Shown piece by piece: positions 1 through 9,121 of a DNA stretch of 64,000 nt (positions are counted from its first letter, which is position 1; each line of letters opens with the position of its first letter). The stretch covers positions 27,192 through 91,191 of the forward strand of contig MFJL01000019.1 of NCBI GenBank assembly GCA_001779195.1, in the 5' to 3' direction. A program made the position numbers and the translations under genes. Source of the DNA: Candidatus Gottesmanbacteria bacterium RIFCSPHIGHO2_02_FULL_39_11. GTDB lineage: Bacteria > Patescibacteriota > Microgenomatia > 2-02-FULL-39-11. The notes under the pieces were generated by a model that searched no databases, was not told the DNA's origin, and was given only the letters and a program-made list of their open reading frames with translations.

Positions 1-1863
1 TGCTGGTTGATAAGCCGTTTATGAATTGTTCCTTCAAGTTCAATTAATTTTGCCGATTCATCTTCTGTGAGACGACTGATGGGAATTCCGGTCCATCTTG
101 AAACAATTTCAGCGATGATATCGGGATTTACCACATTGGTTGTGGTCGACTTCTTCACAGTGTACTGCTCCTGGAGTTTTTTAAGATTTTCCTGACTATC
201 TGACATTTCTTTCTCAAGGGTATCGATTCTTACTTTGTCTCCCAGTTTTTGCGCCTCTGTTTTCTCATTGGTTAAGAGCTTAAGACGTTTTTCAAGACTT
301 TTTATTTCTTCAGGAAGAGAGATCGCGGGAAGTCTCACCGATGCTGCCGCCTCATCAATAAGATCAACTGCCTTATCCGGCAAAAAGCGATCTCCTATGT
401 ATCTCTGAGAAAGTCTGACCGCCGCTTCAATTGCCTCATCTGAAATCTTAACCCGATGGAATGCTTCATACTTATCCCGAATTGCCTGAAGCATTTCAAT
501 TGCTACATCAGCCGTTGGCTCAGGAATCAGAACCGGCTGAAACCTTCTCTCAAGAGCAGGATCTTTTTCGATATATTTCCGGTATTCCGTAACCGTTGTT
601 GTTCCAATTGTCTGAAGTTCTCCCCGGGCAAGAGAAGGTTTTAGAATGTTACTGGCATCCATGGTTCCTTCACTCCCAGATCCTGCGCCAACCATATTAT
701 GAAGTTCATCAATAAAAAGAATGATAGATCCGGCGCTTGCTTTAACTTCCTTTATCAAATTCTTAAGTCTTTCTTCAAACTCTCCTCTGTGTTTGGCACC
801 AGCTATAAGAGACATCAGATCCAAAAGCAGAATCCGTTTATGAAGAAGTGTTTCCGGGACATCTTTTTTGGCGATACGTTCTGCTAATCCTTCAACAATT
901 GCGGTCTTACCCACCCCTGCATCCCCAATTAGAACCGGATTGTTTTTGGTGCGCCTGGATAACACATGGATGATTCTTTCAATTTCATAGCTTCTTCCAA
1001 CAACGGGATCTAACTCTCCACGAGCAGCTTTTGCGGTTAAATCTTCAGCGAATTCCTCAAGAGATGATTTGGATTTATCATCTTCTTTTTTTCCAACTTC
1101 TGCCTTTCCCATTATCTTTTTACTCAAAACTTCTTTTGTCAGGCCGAATTTAGAAAGAGTCTGAGCAGCAACTCCTTCTCCTTCCTTAGAAAGGGCCAAA
1201 AGAATATGTTCAGGAGAAATAAATTCATATCCTAAAGTCCGGGCAGCAGAAAGGGAGAATTCCAAAATAAGCTTTACCCGGGGAGAGAAATGGGGCTGGC
1301 CTACAAAATTTCCCCGAGTGAATCCTTTTTCCAAAGCAGCCTGAATTTCAGAAGGAGTTGCTTTACACTCCGAAATAAGCTGATAAATACTTGCATCATG
1401 AAGAAGTGCCCATAACACATGTTCGCTGTCTACATATTGACCTTTAATTTCCTTAACTTTGGTAACTGCCGACATCAAAGCCTGATTGCTTCTTTGGGTT
1501 AAGCGGGACAACACATCCATTCCAACTCTTTTTTGCATATCGATACTGGAATGGTTGGGATCAGCAGTTGGGGTAGGGGAGACAGAGGCAGAAGGTGCAG
1601 AAGACGGCACACTATCGGGAGACGAAGATGAAGGAACACTCTCATTCTGTACATTAGTCGTCGTAGTTGTGGTCGAGGTGGTTTGAGGAATTTCAACGGC
1701 AGGGGGATTTCCAACTCCGTTATAAGAAACGGGATGGACGACAACCGGCTGACTCGTAGTTGTGCTTGTCACCTGAGTTGTGCTTATATCAACCGGAGTC
1801 TGAGACGGTTGATTTTCATCTTTTGGATTTTTCTTTAAAAATTTAGAAAAAGAGAATGCCATA
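1..1863 (-). CDS. Clp ATPase, ClpC/ClpB family (N-terminal part; C-terminal half lies off the window)
   Basis: The reverse-strand translation contains Clp_N repeats, the Walker A motif [23 protein letters not shown] and a short middle domain, and it reads into the NBD2 entry ...[29 protein letters not shown] at the window edge. The N-terminal extension of about 100 aa is S/T/P-rich and may be untranslated, with an alternative start near 1538. Confidence 0.85.
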
Positions 1864-1944
1864 GGTTTAACTGGACAAAAAATAATGCCTTACTTTAGTT
1901 AACCATGATCATAAGAAGTATGTCAAGGAATAGCACAAGAAGTT

Positions 1945-2032
1945 TAGGTAAAAGGTTAAAGGTAATAGACAAATTAATTGAGAAAATAATTTCATATATC
2001 TTTAACCTAGCACCTTTTACCTTTAACCTATT
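1945..2032. repeat. Inverted pair of heptamer arrays (AGGTAAA/AGGTTAA ... TTAACCT/TTTACCT) upstream of the PrgI-like gene
   Basis: The sequence reads tttaggtaaaaggttaaaggtaatag ... ctttaacctagcaccttttacctttaaccta. The same architecture recurs at 10707-10818 and 51570-51651. Confidence 0.5.
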
Positions 2033-2123
2033 ATTGTTTTCACGATTTTATATATGGTTAAGTAGTAGTCTGACACTAAACGAAATAGTTGCAGTAGGAT
2101 TTTTCACATTTTAGGCTAGAGGT

Positions 2124-3428
2124 ATGGAGCAACATCCGGTACCCAGAAATATCTCAGGATTCCAGTTTCGATTAATAGGGGATATGACCCTAAAACAGTT
2201 TGGGTATTTAGCCGGGGGAGCTCTAATCGGATATTTAATATACGCGGTTTTTCCGATTCCTCCTCTTTTTAAATATCCTCTTATTGCAGTCATTGTTTTA
2301 GGAGGAGTAGCATTGGCATTTCTGCCCATTCAGGACAGACCTTTGGATAAATGGCTTATTGCTTTTATCAAAAGCATAACAAGGCCTACTCAGTTTTTAT
2401 GGCAGAAATACGAAGAAGCTCCCGAGATTTTGACACGTCCCTATACGACCGCCCAACAACCGGTACAAGAAAAGCATGTTCAACTGCATCATGAAAGCAA
2501 CCTGAAGCTTAAAGCTTATCTTGCATCCCTTCCGCCAACTACACAACAGACGTATAATATTCACGAAAAACAGTATATTGATCAAACTCTTGCTCTTTTT
2601 GGTACTCCCGTTCCGATAATCCGAGTCCCTTCTCTTAATTCTTCAACGCCTAATCATCCTCACCAGGAGGAGAGCGTGAGACTTTCACAAGCACCTGCTC
2701 AAATTTTACCCAGTCAATCGATAAGAGTTGCCCCTCCGGTAATTCATCCGCCTCATATTCCGACGGTTATTCCAAGTCCTCCTGCGCAGCCGCCTCCCTC
2801 TATCCCGGTAACCTCATCTTCCCATCAAGCAACAGCTTCTGTTTTGGGAACGGTCAATAACTCAACCGATCCCAACACTGATGACAAGCTAAAACAGCTT
2901 CTTTCTGAAAAGGAAAATCTCGCACGGGAGCTTGAGATGCTTAAAAAGAAGATGGAGACCGAAAAAACAACCGTGGTTGTAAAGCCCCAATTTGCTCCGG
3001 ACATTGGGAATGAATCCACCGTCACAAAAGTTAAGGCTGAATCTGTTACTGATACCGTTGGAATACCGAGTCTTCCTCAAACTCCTAATATGGTTGTAGG
3101 TGTGGTTAAAGATCCAGGGAGGAAAATCCTGCCAAACATTATTATTACCATAAAAGATGCATTGGGTACCCCTGTCCGGGCACTTAAAACAAATAAGCTG
3201 GGTCAGTTTGCAATAGCCACTCCTCTTCAAAACGGAAATTACGTATTAGAATTTGAAGATCCCATGAAACGGTACATCTTTGAAAATGTACAAATTATTC
3301 TTAACGACACGCTTTTTATTCCGGTTGAGGTTTTAGCAAAAGGCCAAAGAGAAATTGTGCGTGAACAGCTTAATAAAGCAATATTTGGAGAATTAAATCC
3401 GGCACCTGCCCAAAACGGACTGATTTGA
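2124..3428 (+). CDS. PrgI-like (VirB3-like) T4SS membrane protein with a long C-terminal extension
   Basis: The N-terminal ~95 aa has the PrgI-family layout (FQFRLIGDMTLKQFGYLAGGALIGYL plus two TM helices). A Pro-rich linker, a coiled coil (KLKQLLSEKENLARELEMLKKKMETEK) and a C-terminal beta-sandwich-like domain follow. It lies directly upstream of VirB4. Confidence 0.55.
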   Translation: MEQHPVPRNISGFQFRLIGDMTLKQFGYLAGGALIGYLIYAVFPIPPLFKYPLIAVIVLGGVALAFLPIQDRPLDKWLIAFIKSITRPTQFLWQKYEEAPEILTRPYTTAQQPVQEKHVQLHHESNLKLKAYLASLPPTTQQTYNIHEKQYIDQTLALFGTPVPIIRVPSLNSSTPNHPHQEESVRLSQAPAQILPSQSIRVAPPVIHPPHIPTVIPSPPAQPPPSIPVTSSSHQATASVLGTVNNSTDPNTDDKLKQLLSEKENLARELEMLKKKMETEKTTVVVKPQFAPDIGNESTVTKVKAESVTDTVGIPSLPQTPNMVVGVVKDPGRKILPNIIITIKDALGTPVRALKTNKLGQFAIATPLQNGNYVLEFEDPMKRYIFENVQIILNDTLFIPVEVLAKGQREIVREQLNKAIFGELNPAPAQNGLI

Positions 3429-3458
3429 TTCTCATGTGAATGATTGAAAAGTAAATTG

Positions 3459-3491
3459 TCACTTTTAACTTTTACCTTTTAACTTTAAACT
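3459..3491. repeat. Heptamer array (TTTTAAC/TTTTACC) upstream of the VirB4 N-terminal ORF
   Basis: cacttttaacttttaccttttaactttaaact. Confidence 0.4.
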
Positions 3492-3496
3492 AAAGT

Positions 3497-4186
3497 ATGG
3501 CATCACCTATCGGAACACCTATTCGCGCATCTACTCAGGATTTTTTGGATATTCAAACTATTTTAGATGATATTATTGTGCTTCGAGACGGATCTTGTGC
3601 AATAGCAATTGAGACAACTGCCGTAAATTTCGGTCTTCTTTCTGAAGAAGAACAGGACGCTCTAATTTATGCATATGCGGCTTTTTTAAATTCTCTCTCT
3701 TTTCCTCTTCAGATTGTCATCCTTTCAAAACGCATGGATATTTCTCTTTATATTGAGAGAATTACACGGGAAGAAGAGCGGCAGGTCGATGAAACAGTAA
3801 GACAGCGGCTCAAAAGATATAAAGAATTTATTATGTCCATTGTCAAAGAAAATAGAGTTCTTGAGAAAAAATTTTATCTGGTTATTTCGTTTTCAGCAGT
3901 TGAACTGGGAGTAAAAGGCGCTTTTCAAACAAATAGTCAAAAGAAAAAATTTCAGTTTTCCATGGATTACGTTTTATCGCGTGCAAAAACATCCCTCCTT
4001 CCCAAACGGGATCATGTACTAAGACAAATCGGAAGAATAGGACTTAAGGGAAGGCAACTTACCACACAGGAATTGGTTGAAATATTCTATAATATTTATA
4101 ACCCTACGTTAACCGGAGAAAAATTGGGAGATGTCGCAGGGTACGAAACTGCAATGGTTACTGGACAAGGAAAAAAATCATCATGA
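3497..4186 (+). CDS. VirB4/TraE-family T4SS ATPase, N-terminal domain (separate ORF; likely frameshifted from the next ORF)
   Basis: FLDIQTILDDIIVLRDGSCAIAIETTAVNFGLLSEEEQDALIYAYAAFLNSLSFPLQIV matches the conserved VirB4 N-terminal region. It overlaps the next ORF by 4 nt, ending in GQGKKSS just after an A7 run. Confidence 0.6.
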   Translation: MASPIGTPIRASTQDFLDIQTILDDIIVLRDGSCAIAIETTAVNFGLLSEEEQDALIYAYAAFLNSLSFPLQIVILSKRMDISLYIERITREEERQVDETVRQRLKRYKEFIMSIVKENRVLEKKFYLVISFSAVELGVKGAFQTNSQKKKFQFSMDYVLSRAKTSLLPKRDHVLRQIGRIGLKGRQLTTQELVEIFYNIYNPTLTGEKLGDVAGYETAMVTGQGKKSS

Positions 4187-6099
4187 ATTTCTCTTTTACA
4201 CCTAAAAAACAAAAACAATCAATTACCCCGGGAGAAGTTTCTAAAGTTGCAATCTCACCTAAAAATCCCGTCCCTGTGCCTGCCGGTGGTACGTCTAAAC
4301 TTGGTAGGGCAGGGGCTATTTCTCCGCAACTGAGAACTGAGGTAAATCATTATGTAAAGGGAACGGTAAATGTAAGAGATATTATCGCTCCCTCTTATGT
4401 AGAGGTAGACTTTGACAATATACGGGTTAACAATACGTATTATCGGACTCTTTTTGTCTCCGGATACCCGAGATATGTCTCTGCTAACTGGCTTCATCCG
4501 GTTCTTTCATTTGACCGGTCTCTTTTTATATCCATGTATATTTATCCTACAGAATCAAAAGTTATTTTAGAGGATCTTAAACGGAAAATCGCGGAGATGG
4601 AAGCAACCATTCAGGTGGATATGAAACGGGGGAAAGTAGTTGATCCCTCAGTCCAAGTAGCACTCGATGATGCTCTGAGCCTTCAGGCACAGCTTGCCAA
4701 AGGCGCTGAAAGATTTTACCAGTTCGGCCTATACGTCACCATTCCCTCCGAGGCAATTGATGATCTTAACCGAATGAGTAAGGAGGTTGAAGCAACTTTA
4801 GGTTCCCTCCTTATTATTCCTAAACACGCAACTCTTTCTCAGGAGGAAGGATTTAAATCAACTCTTCCTATGGGACTGGATAAGCTGGATGTAACCCGCA
4901 ATATGGACACTACGTCTCTTGCTACAACTTTTCCCTTTACCACAGCTTCACTTACTCAAAATGAAGGGATTTTGTATGGAATAAATGAACATGACGGGTC
5001 CCTGGTAATCTTTGACCGGTTTAGCCTCGAGAATTCAAACTCGGTTGTATTTGGAAAATCAGGAGGAGGAAAAAGCTTTCTGGTAAAACTTGAAACTATG
5101 AGACATCTTATGTTTGGAACAGAGGTTTTTGTCATTGATCCGGAAGGGGAATACACAGAGCTTACCAAAGTTATAGGAGGAGAGCTCATCAACTTCTCTT
5201 TTAATTCTCCCATTAAAATAAACCCTTTTGATTTATCCGGAGTTTATATAGAAGGAGAGAATGAGTTAGGACTTAAAATCCTTTCTCTGCATGCTCTGAT
5301 GCGGGTTATTATGGGAGATATTACTCCGGGAGAAGATGCGATTTTGGATCGGGCCCTAGTATTAACCTACAAACAAAAGGGGATTACTCCGGATCCGGGA
5401 ACTCAAAAAAACGAACCTCCTCTTATTGAGGATTTATATAAAGTTCTTATGGGAATGGAAGAAGATCACGCCAAATCCCTTGCTGAAAGGCTTGAAAAAT
5501 TTGTGAGGGGAAGTTTGGCTGGAATTTTTAATCAAAAATCAAATTTGGATCTGAAAAATCCTCTTACGGTTTTTAATGTTAAGGAGTTGGAAGCTGAGCT
5601 TCGACCGATTGCCATGTTTATAATTCTGGATCATATCTGGACAAAAATAAAAAAAACGATTAAAAAACGAATCATGGTTGTGGATGAGGCATGGTACCTG
5701 ATGAAACATCCTGATTCCGCAACTTTTCTTTATGGAATTGCTAAACGCGCCCGCAAGTACTACCTGGGGGTCACAACCATTACTCAGGATGTCGAAGATT
5801 TTCTATCAACAGATTACGGAAAAGCCATCATCACCAACTCATCTCTTCAAATTTTATTAAAACAGTCGCCGGCTGCAATTGAAAAACTCGCCCAGGTTTT
5901 TTACCTATCAGGAGGAGAAAAGCATTTTCTTCTTTCTGCAAATGTGGGAGAGGGACTTTTTTTTGCCGGCTCATCCCATGCCGCAATTCAAATTATTGCC
6001 TCTCCTGAAGAGTATCATTTGGCAACCTCAAAGCCTCAGGACATGGAAGATAAACCTCTTCCCATTTCCCATACCCCCGGACCCTCTCCTGCAGTATAA
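4183..6099 (+). CDS. VirB4/TraE/PrgJ-family T4SS ATPase (ATPase domain)
   Basis: Walker A is FGKSGGGKSF, Walker B is IMVVDEAWYLM, and the VirB4 C-terminal motifs are present. Confidence 0.85.
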   Translation: MNFSFTPKKQKQSITPGEVSKVAISPKNPVPVPAGGTSKLGRAGAISPQLRTEVNHYVKGTVNVRDIIAPSYVEVDFDNIRVNNTYYRTLFVSGYPRYVSANWLHPVLSFDRSLFISMYIYPTESKVILEDLKRKIAEMEATIQVDMKRGKVVDPSVQVALDDALSLQAQLAKGAERFYQFGLYVTIPSEAIDDLNRMSKEVEATLGSLLIIPKHATLSQEEGFKSTLPMGLDKLDVTRNMDTTSLATTFPFTTASLTQNEGILYGINEHDGSLVIFDRFSLENSNSVVFGKSGGGKSFLVKLETMRHLMFGTEVFVIDPEGEYTELTKVIGGELINFSFNSPIKINPFDLSGVYIEGENELGLKILSLHALMRVIMGDITPGEDAILDRALVLTYKQKGITPDPGTQKNEPPLIEDLYKVLMGMEEDHAKSLAERLEKFVRGSLAGIFNQKSNLDLKNPLTVFNVKELEAELRPIAMFIILDHIWTKIKKTIKKRIMVVDEAWYLMKHPDSATFLYGIAKRARKYYLGVTTITQDVEDFLSTDYGKAIITNSSLQILLKQSPAAIEKLAQVFYLSGGEKHFLLSANVGEGLFFAGSSHAAIQIIASPEEYHLATSKPQDMEDKPLPISHTPGPSPAV

Positions 6100-6108
6100 T
6101 AAAAGGGT

Positions 6109-7674
6109 ATGAGCGCTGCCCACGGAAAACAACCTACAGAGTTAACACCGGAACAAGAAGAAGAACAAAAACAAAAAGAGCGTTTTGCTCCTGATCGAAT
6201 GGAACAGGACACAGAGTCTGTTTTCTCCCAATTTTTCACTTTCGCAGCAGCAATGGGCTGGGGAAAAATAAAAGGGGATAGAGAACAATTTGAATTATTT
6301 CAAGCCATTTCTAATACTCATCTAAGCGAAGTGATTCTTGATCTTTCAAACCCACAAAATATAAAGGACGCAAGAGCTCTCTATGCAACTGTTAAAAAAG
6401 AATTTGATAGACAAAATTTTGATCCTAAAACAAAAACATATAAAAAAGCCACTGCGTCCAGAGGTTCTCTTTGGGGAAAAGCAACCATCTCAACTGACAC
6501 CCTTACAAAAGCTGACCAGCAAATAACAGTGGGGGAACACTTTCACTCTCTGGTAAATTCTCATGAAACAAACACCCGTATTGACCAAGCAGTCTCTATA
6601 TATGGAATTAAAAATAGAGAAGAATTTGTATCCTCTTTAGCCAAACATCTGAAGGAAAATAGCGGTAATTTTGATGATGCCATTCATACTGTTGTAAGAC
6701 ATCAGACTGCTCTTGAGAAAACAGGAAAAAAGGATGGAAACTTAAATAAAGAACAAGATAATGCATTAAACTCCTCTTACGAAAAATTTTCCAAACAGGA
6801 ATTAAAAGATGAGGCACGACAAAAAGCGGTTGAATATGGTGAATCCATTAAACCTGAGGCTGAAGAGGTGATGGTTAAAATCAAAGCAGGCTTGGATCCA
6901 GATCAGCTTCAAACAGAACTGAATGCAATCGGAAAACCGGTTCAAGAACCCGAGCCTCCTCCGTCTCCTATACAACCACCTGCTTCTGGTTCTATCTCTC
7001 TGGAGGCTCTTGGTTCCGGACAAAACGCACCGCATCCGGAAATGGACGAGTTATATGGAGAAATGATGGGGGAGAGTCCTACGGTTGTTGTTCCCGCGGG
7101 AAGTCCTTCTCTTAAGGGAGCAGTAAATGCCATTAATAATCCTCAAACTCCGATTCCACATATGTCTTCTGTATCATCTCCAGTAGGATCAGTATCGGTT
7201 AAAGGATTAAAAGGTCTTTTGGGGAAAGCCGCCGGTCTTTTTTCAAAACTTAAATCATTAGCTTCAACTCTTTCAAATGCTACGCTAGCTATTCCCGGGG
7301 TAGGAGAAATAGTAAAAGGACTTCAAATTGCAAAAAAAGTTCTGGATCGTATTCCTATTATTGGACAAGCGGTTAATAATGCGATTAATAATGCTTTTAG
7401 CACTCTTCTTAAAGTGTTTGGATTGTCACTTGCAGCAATTTTTCTTTTTCTTCTGATTTTTATAACCAGTTTCAGCGATCCCTCTACTTTGTTCTCACCC
7501 ACACCATCTAATTTAGGTGCATCAAACCCTTCAAATCTTTCCTGGAGTACATTTGAAAAAGATTATTTACAGCTTGCAGAGAAAAAAGAAGAAAAAGATA
7601 TTTCCTGGATCGAATTTCAAAAACAGTTTCTTAGCTCCTCAAAAATCTATCTTTCAGAGACTTCTTCCCGCTAG
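6109..7674 (+). CDS. Hypothetical protein with an acidic N-terminus, a Pro-rich region and a C-terminal TM anchor (T4SS-associated by position)
   Basis: The long ORF is translationally adjacent to virB4. A PEPPPSPIQPP stretch and a single C-terminal helix (LSLAAIFLFLLIFITSF) are present, and no recognisable family was found. Confidence 0.4.
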   Translation: MSAAHGKQPTELTPEQEEEQKQKERFAPDRMEQDTESVFSQFFTFAAAMGWGKIKGDREQFELFQAISNTHLSEVILDLSNPQNIKDARALYATVKKEFDRQNFDPKTKTYKKATASRGSLWGKATISTDTLTKADQQITVGEHFHSLVNSHETNTRIDQAVSIYGIKNREEFVSSLAKHLKENSGNFDDAIHTVVRHQTALEKTGKKDGNLNKEQDNALNSSYEKFSKQELKDEARQKAVEYGESIKPEAEEVMVKIKAGLDPDQLQTELNAIGKPVQEPEPPPSPIQPPASGSISLEALGSGQNAPHPEMDELYGEMMGESPTVVVPAGSPSLKGAVNAINNPQTPIPHMSSVSSPVGSVSVKGLKGLLGKAAGLFSKLKSLASTLSNATLAIPGVGEIVKGLQIAKKVLDRIPIIGQAVNNAINNAFSTLLKVFGLSLAAIFLFLLIFITSFSDPSTLFSPTPSNLGASNPSNLSWSTFEKDYLQLAEKKEEKDISWIEFQKQFLSSSKIYLSETSSR

Positions 7675-7731
7675 CTACTATTTATTTTCAATTCATTGGA
7701 TTTGAGTTCGTATGTCCATTACAATCCAAAA

Positions 7732-7832
7732 GATGGATCCCGGGTCAAGCCCGGGATGACAAAATATTTTTTATTGGTTTATTGGATTATTGGTACTTAT
7801 TGGTAATTGGATAATTGGGTTATTGGATAATT
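7732..7832. repeat. Composite element: GATGGATCCCGGG..CCCGGGATGAC hairpin plus a TTATTGG heptamer array
   Basis: The sequence is gatggatcccgggtcaagcccgggatgacaaa followed by ttattggtttattggattattggtacttattggtaattggataattgggttattgg. The hairpin matches those at 14940-14967 and 51163-51190. Confidence 0.6.
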
Positions 7833-7835
7833 TCC

Positions 7836-8945
7836 TTATCCTTGTACCCGTACCGGCATAATAATATGAAGAAATGTTGAAGCTGACTCACTTGACTTAA
7901 AGAGCCCCGGACTTAAGTTTCCGGATATTTCAAAAACTACATCTCCCTGTGGAAAATTATTAAGAAGATCAAGTAGAAACCGGTAATTAAAAGCAATTTC
8001 TGTCTCTTCTCCCTGAACATTTGCCTCCAAAACTTCCTCATCACCTCCAACCTGAGGAGTATTAGCAGAAAGAGTAATAGTATTTTTCCCAACTACTACT
8101 TTAACTACATTAGCAGACCCCCGGGCAAAAAGAGATGTGGTCTTAACTGCCTGAAGAAAATCATCTTTTTTTAATATCACTTTTGTTTTAAACCCTTGAG
8201 GAATAATTTTTTCAATAGTCGGAAATTCTCCATCTATAAGACGTGAGTAAATCCTCACTTGAGGAAGAGAAAAAACCACCTGATTTTTATCCTTTAATAT
8301 CGTAAATCCCACCTCATTAACTTTCATTTCCGTTGCAATCCGGCTTACTTCAGTTAAAGTAACCGCAGGAATTATACCTATAAAATCCTCGGAAAATTTA
8401 GGAATTGTGATTTTTTCAATAGAAAGCCGATATCCATCTGTTGAGGTTAAAGAAAAGGTGTCTCCTGTCGCAACAATGCGAACACCGGTTAATATAGGAC
8501 GGGCCTCATCTGTTGATGCGGCAAAAACCATCCGGGGAATAGCGGTCTTAATAACAGAGTAGGGGAGTCTTCGATCAAAAACTGTAACCTCGGGAAAGGG
8601 AGGGAAATCTTCAGGATTAGATGTTGCAAATGTGGCTTTTGTTTTCCCGCTTATAATTTTTAATTGTGTTGCCTCCTGAATAAACTCAAGTTTTTCCCCA
8701 TGAACACTTCCCACAAACTCACTAAGAATTTTTCCGGGTACTGTAATTTCTCCTTTTTCTTCAACTTTAACCGGAAGGGTAAAAACAATTCCAAGTTCCA
8801 GATCTGTTCCTGATAAAATAAGTTCTTTATCTGTTGCTTTTATAAGGATATTGGAGAGAATGGGAAGTTGAGCTCTTGTAGGAATACTTCTTCCGACAAT
8901 CCCCAGTGCTTTTAAAAATGATTCTTTCAAAACTACAAAATGCAT
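7836..8945 (-). CDS. dnaN: DNA polymerase III beta subunit (sliding clamp)
   Basis: At 369 aa it has the N-terminus MHFVVLKESFLKALGIVGRSIPTRAQLPILSNILIK typical of DnaN, and it sits directly downstream of dnaA. Confidence 0.93.
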   Translation of the reverse strand: MHFVVLKESFLKALGIVGRSIPTRAQLPILSNILIKATDKELILSGTDLELGIVFTLPVKVEEKGEITVPGKILSEFVGSVHGEKLEFIQEATQLKIISGKTKATFATSNPEDFPPFPEVTVFDRRLPYSVIKTAIPRMVFAASTDEARPILTGVRIVATGDTFSLTSTDGYRLSIEKITIPKFSEDFIGIIPAVTLTEVSRIATEMKVNEVGFTILKDKNQVVFSLPQVRIYSRLIDGEFPTIEKIIPQGFKTKVILKKDDFLQAVKTTSLFARGSANVVKVVVGKNTITLSANTPQVGGDEEVLEANVQGEETEIAFNYRFLLDLLNNFPQGDVVFEISGNLSPGLFKSSESASTFLHIIMPVRVQG

Positions 8946-9121
8946 AAGTTTTAAATAGTAGTAGTATTAGTAAGTATTGGTGATAAGTGTAAAAGTTTTA
9001 GCTTCTACAGTCAAGGAAAGGATAAATTGTGTATTTTTTATGTGCATAACCGCCTATATGTTTTGTGTATAAAAATGTGGATAAAAAAAATTTATTGTGG
9101 ATAAGTTGATAAATCAATTTT
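8946..9121. promoter_or_regulatory. Candidate oriC segment in the dnaA-dnaN intergenic region with DnaA boxes
   Basis: Two perfect TGTGGATAA (= TTATCCACA) boxes lie at 9076-9084 and 9096-9104, with AT-rich flanks and degenerate boxes (ttgataaat, ggataaatt). Confidence 0.6.

Noticed and set aside
456-1744. Short plus- and minus-strand ORFs (456-644, 699-887, 1486-1686, 1499-1744) inside the Clp ATPase gene
   Set aside because: They lie antisense or out of frame within a well-supported Clp ATPase coding region or its low-complexity leader. They have no motifs and low-complexity translations, so they are spurious.
4255-6239. Antisense or alternate-frame ORFs (4255-4497, 4956-5213, 5879-6112, 6036-6239) within virB4 and the downstream gene
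   Set aside because: They are embedded in strongly supported coding regions on the other strand or frame, and have no motifs.
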